Source: Octopus sinensis
Lineage: Eukaryota
Assembly (NCBI RefSeq): GCF_006345805.1
Contig: NW_021827667.1
Coordinates: 1-9,892, forward strand
Reading direction: 5' to 3'
Length of the DNA: 9,892 bases
Made by a program: the position numbers and the translations under genes. Positions 8,301 through 9,892 of the stretch are shown one piece after another; position 1 is the first letter of the stretch; every line of letters starts with the position of its first letter. The notes below the pieces were generated by a model. The model did no database searches. It was given only the letters and a program-made list of their open reading frames with translations, and had not been told where the DNA came from.

Positions 8301-9244
8301 ATTGGTTTCAAATTTTGGCAAAAAGCCAGGAATTTTGGGGGAGGGTGCTAGTCAATTACATCGGCCCCAGTGTTCAACTGGTACTTAATTTATCGACCCC
8401 CCACCGAAAGGATTGAAAGGCAAAGTCGACCTCGTCGGAATTTGAACCCACAACGTGCAGATAGACGAAATACCTATTTCTGTACTACCCACAAAGGGCT
8501 AAACACAGAGGGAACAAACAAGGACAGACAAACGGATTAAGTCGATTACATCGACCCCATTGCGTAACTGGTACTTATTTAATCGACCCCGAATGGATGA
8601 AAGGCAAAGTCGACCTCGTCAGAACTTGAACCCAGAAGTTGCAGATAGACGAAATACCTATTTTTTTACTACCCACAAGGAGCTAAACACAGAGGTAACA
8701 AACAAGGACAGACAAACGGATTAAGTCGATTATATCGACCACAGTGCGTAACTGGTACCTAATTTATCGACCCCGAAAGGATGAAAGGCAAAGTCGACCT
8801 CGGCGCAATTTGAACTCAGAACGTAGAAGAAGACGAAATACCTATTTCTTTACTACCCACAAGGGGCTAAACACAGAGAGGACGAACAAGGACAGACAAA
8901 CGGATTAAGTCGATTACATCGACCCCAGTGCGTAACTGGGACTTATTTAATCGACCCCGAAAGGCAAAGTCGACCTCGGCGGAATTTGAACTCAGAACGT
9001 AGCGGCAGACGAAATACCTATTTTTTTACTACCCACAAGGGGCTAAACACAGAGGGGACGAACAAGGACAGACAACGGATTAAGTCGATTATATCGACCC
9101 CAGTGCGTACTGTACTTAATTTATCGATCGCGAAAGGATGAAGGCAAATCGACCTCGGCGGAATTTGAACTCAGAACGTAACGGTAGACGAAATACAGTT
9201 ACGCATTTCGCCCGGCGTGCTAACGTTTCTGCCAGCTCGCCGCC
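8301..9244 (-). mobile_element. SINE family A concatemer 2: one full head, 5 B-box/body units, period 176-184 bp, different terminal tail
   Basis: The anchor gacgaaatac starts at 8464, 8648, 8832, 9008 and 9187. The only A-box-like motif is at 9224-9234, and the head unit B-box is at 9160-9172. Confidence 0.93.
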
Positions 9245-9848
9245 TTAATGGCTGCTGTTATTAATGTTGCATGTTGATTTAGCGAAAGCAACATATAAAC
9301 ACATTAAAATAACGATTGATTTATATATATATATCAGGTCTTCTTATACAGCCGATATTTTAAACTTCTGTCATTTCTACGCCCCTACTAATACACTTTT
9401 TAAAAAGCTACGTCTTCAGCTAATCTTGTTTACTCATTTATTGCACAAGAAATAGCTTCCATATTCAGAATAATAAGTAGAAACTAAGCCTGCTGCATTA
9501 AACATTAACGAAACCTTTGATAAAAGCGCAAATCTATGGATTACGATTATACTAATCATTCTTGAGTTGGAAATTCTCTCACAGCTCAAAACATTATCCT
9601 GCAGTAATTAAATGAATAACACGAGATGTATCTAATTTTGATGTATATTACTTAGTGTTGTTTGTTTAAGCTTAACGAAATCTGATGAGACTTCAAAAAA
9701 GGTGAAAACAAAAATACACGTAATGTTTGCCGTTATTACGGCTGTATCGATTGCTCGTTTTATTATTAGAAAAACGGATTTAACAGTTTCGTTTATGTGG
9801 TTCGTCTTGATAACAACTCTGAATAACTTTCATATTATTTTTTTCCAG

Positions 9849-9892
9849 TTATGTATAGGGAGATTTGAAACCGGTTCTGCAAGCAGACGACT
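9849..9892 (+). CDS. Candidate host exon start running off the window (LCIGRFETGSASRR)
   Basis: It has a strong acceptor attattttttccag (AG at 9847-9848), and only one frame stays open to the edge. Confidence 0.3.

Noticed and set aside
9682-9735. Hammerhead-like core ctgatgag...gaaa
   Set aside because: Stem II does not pair from its first position, and stem I is mismatched next to the core. The same bases fit a candidate micro-exon equally well.

Overview
This is eukaryotic, repeat-dominated, probably intronic DNA, with no prokaryotic genes, CRISPR array or complete protein-coding gene. The SINE families and microsatellite load resemble octopus/cephalopod genomes; this is an inference from memory and was not searched. 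The window holds three tRNA-derived SINE families (labelled A, B, C here), an unclassified ~550 bp element as a head-to-tail dimer inside (AAT)n, and many micro- and minisatellites. It also holds a 5'-truncated CR1-type LINE with an 8 bp TSD, a probable L1/Tx1-type LINE 3' end inserted into a SINE head, and a few candidate small host exons on +. The best lead is two separate SINE-A concatemers (2940-3678 and 8301-9244). Each has one complete Pol III head followed by ~184 bp units that all restart at the same nucleotide, just after the loop of a 12 bp anticodon-like stem. Almost all ORFs in the supplied track are microsatellite or SINE artefacts.
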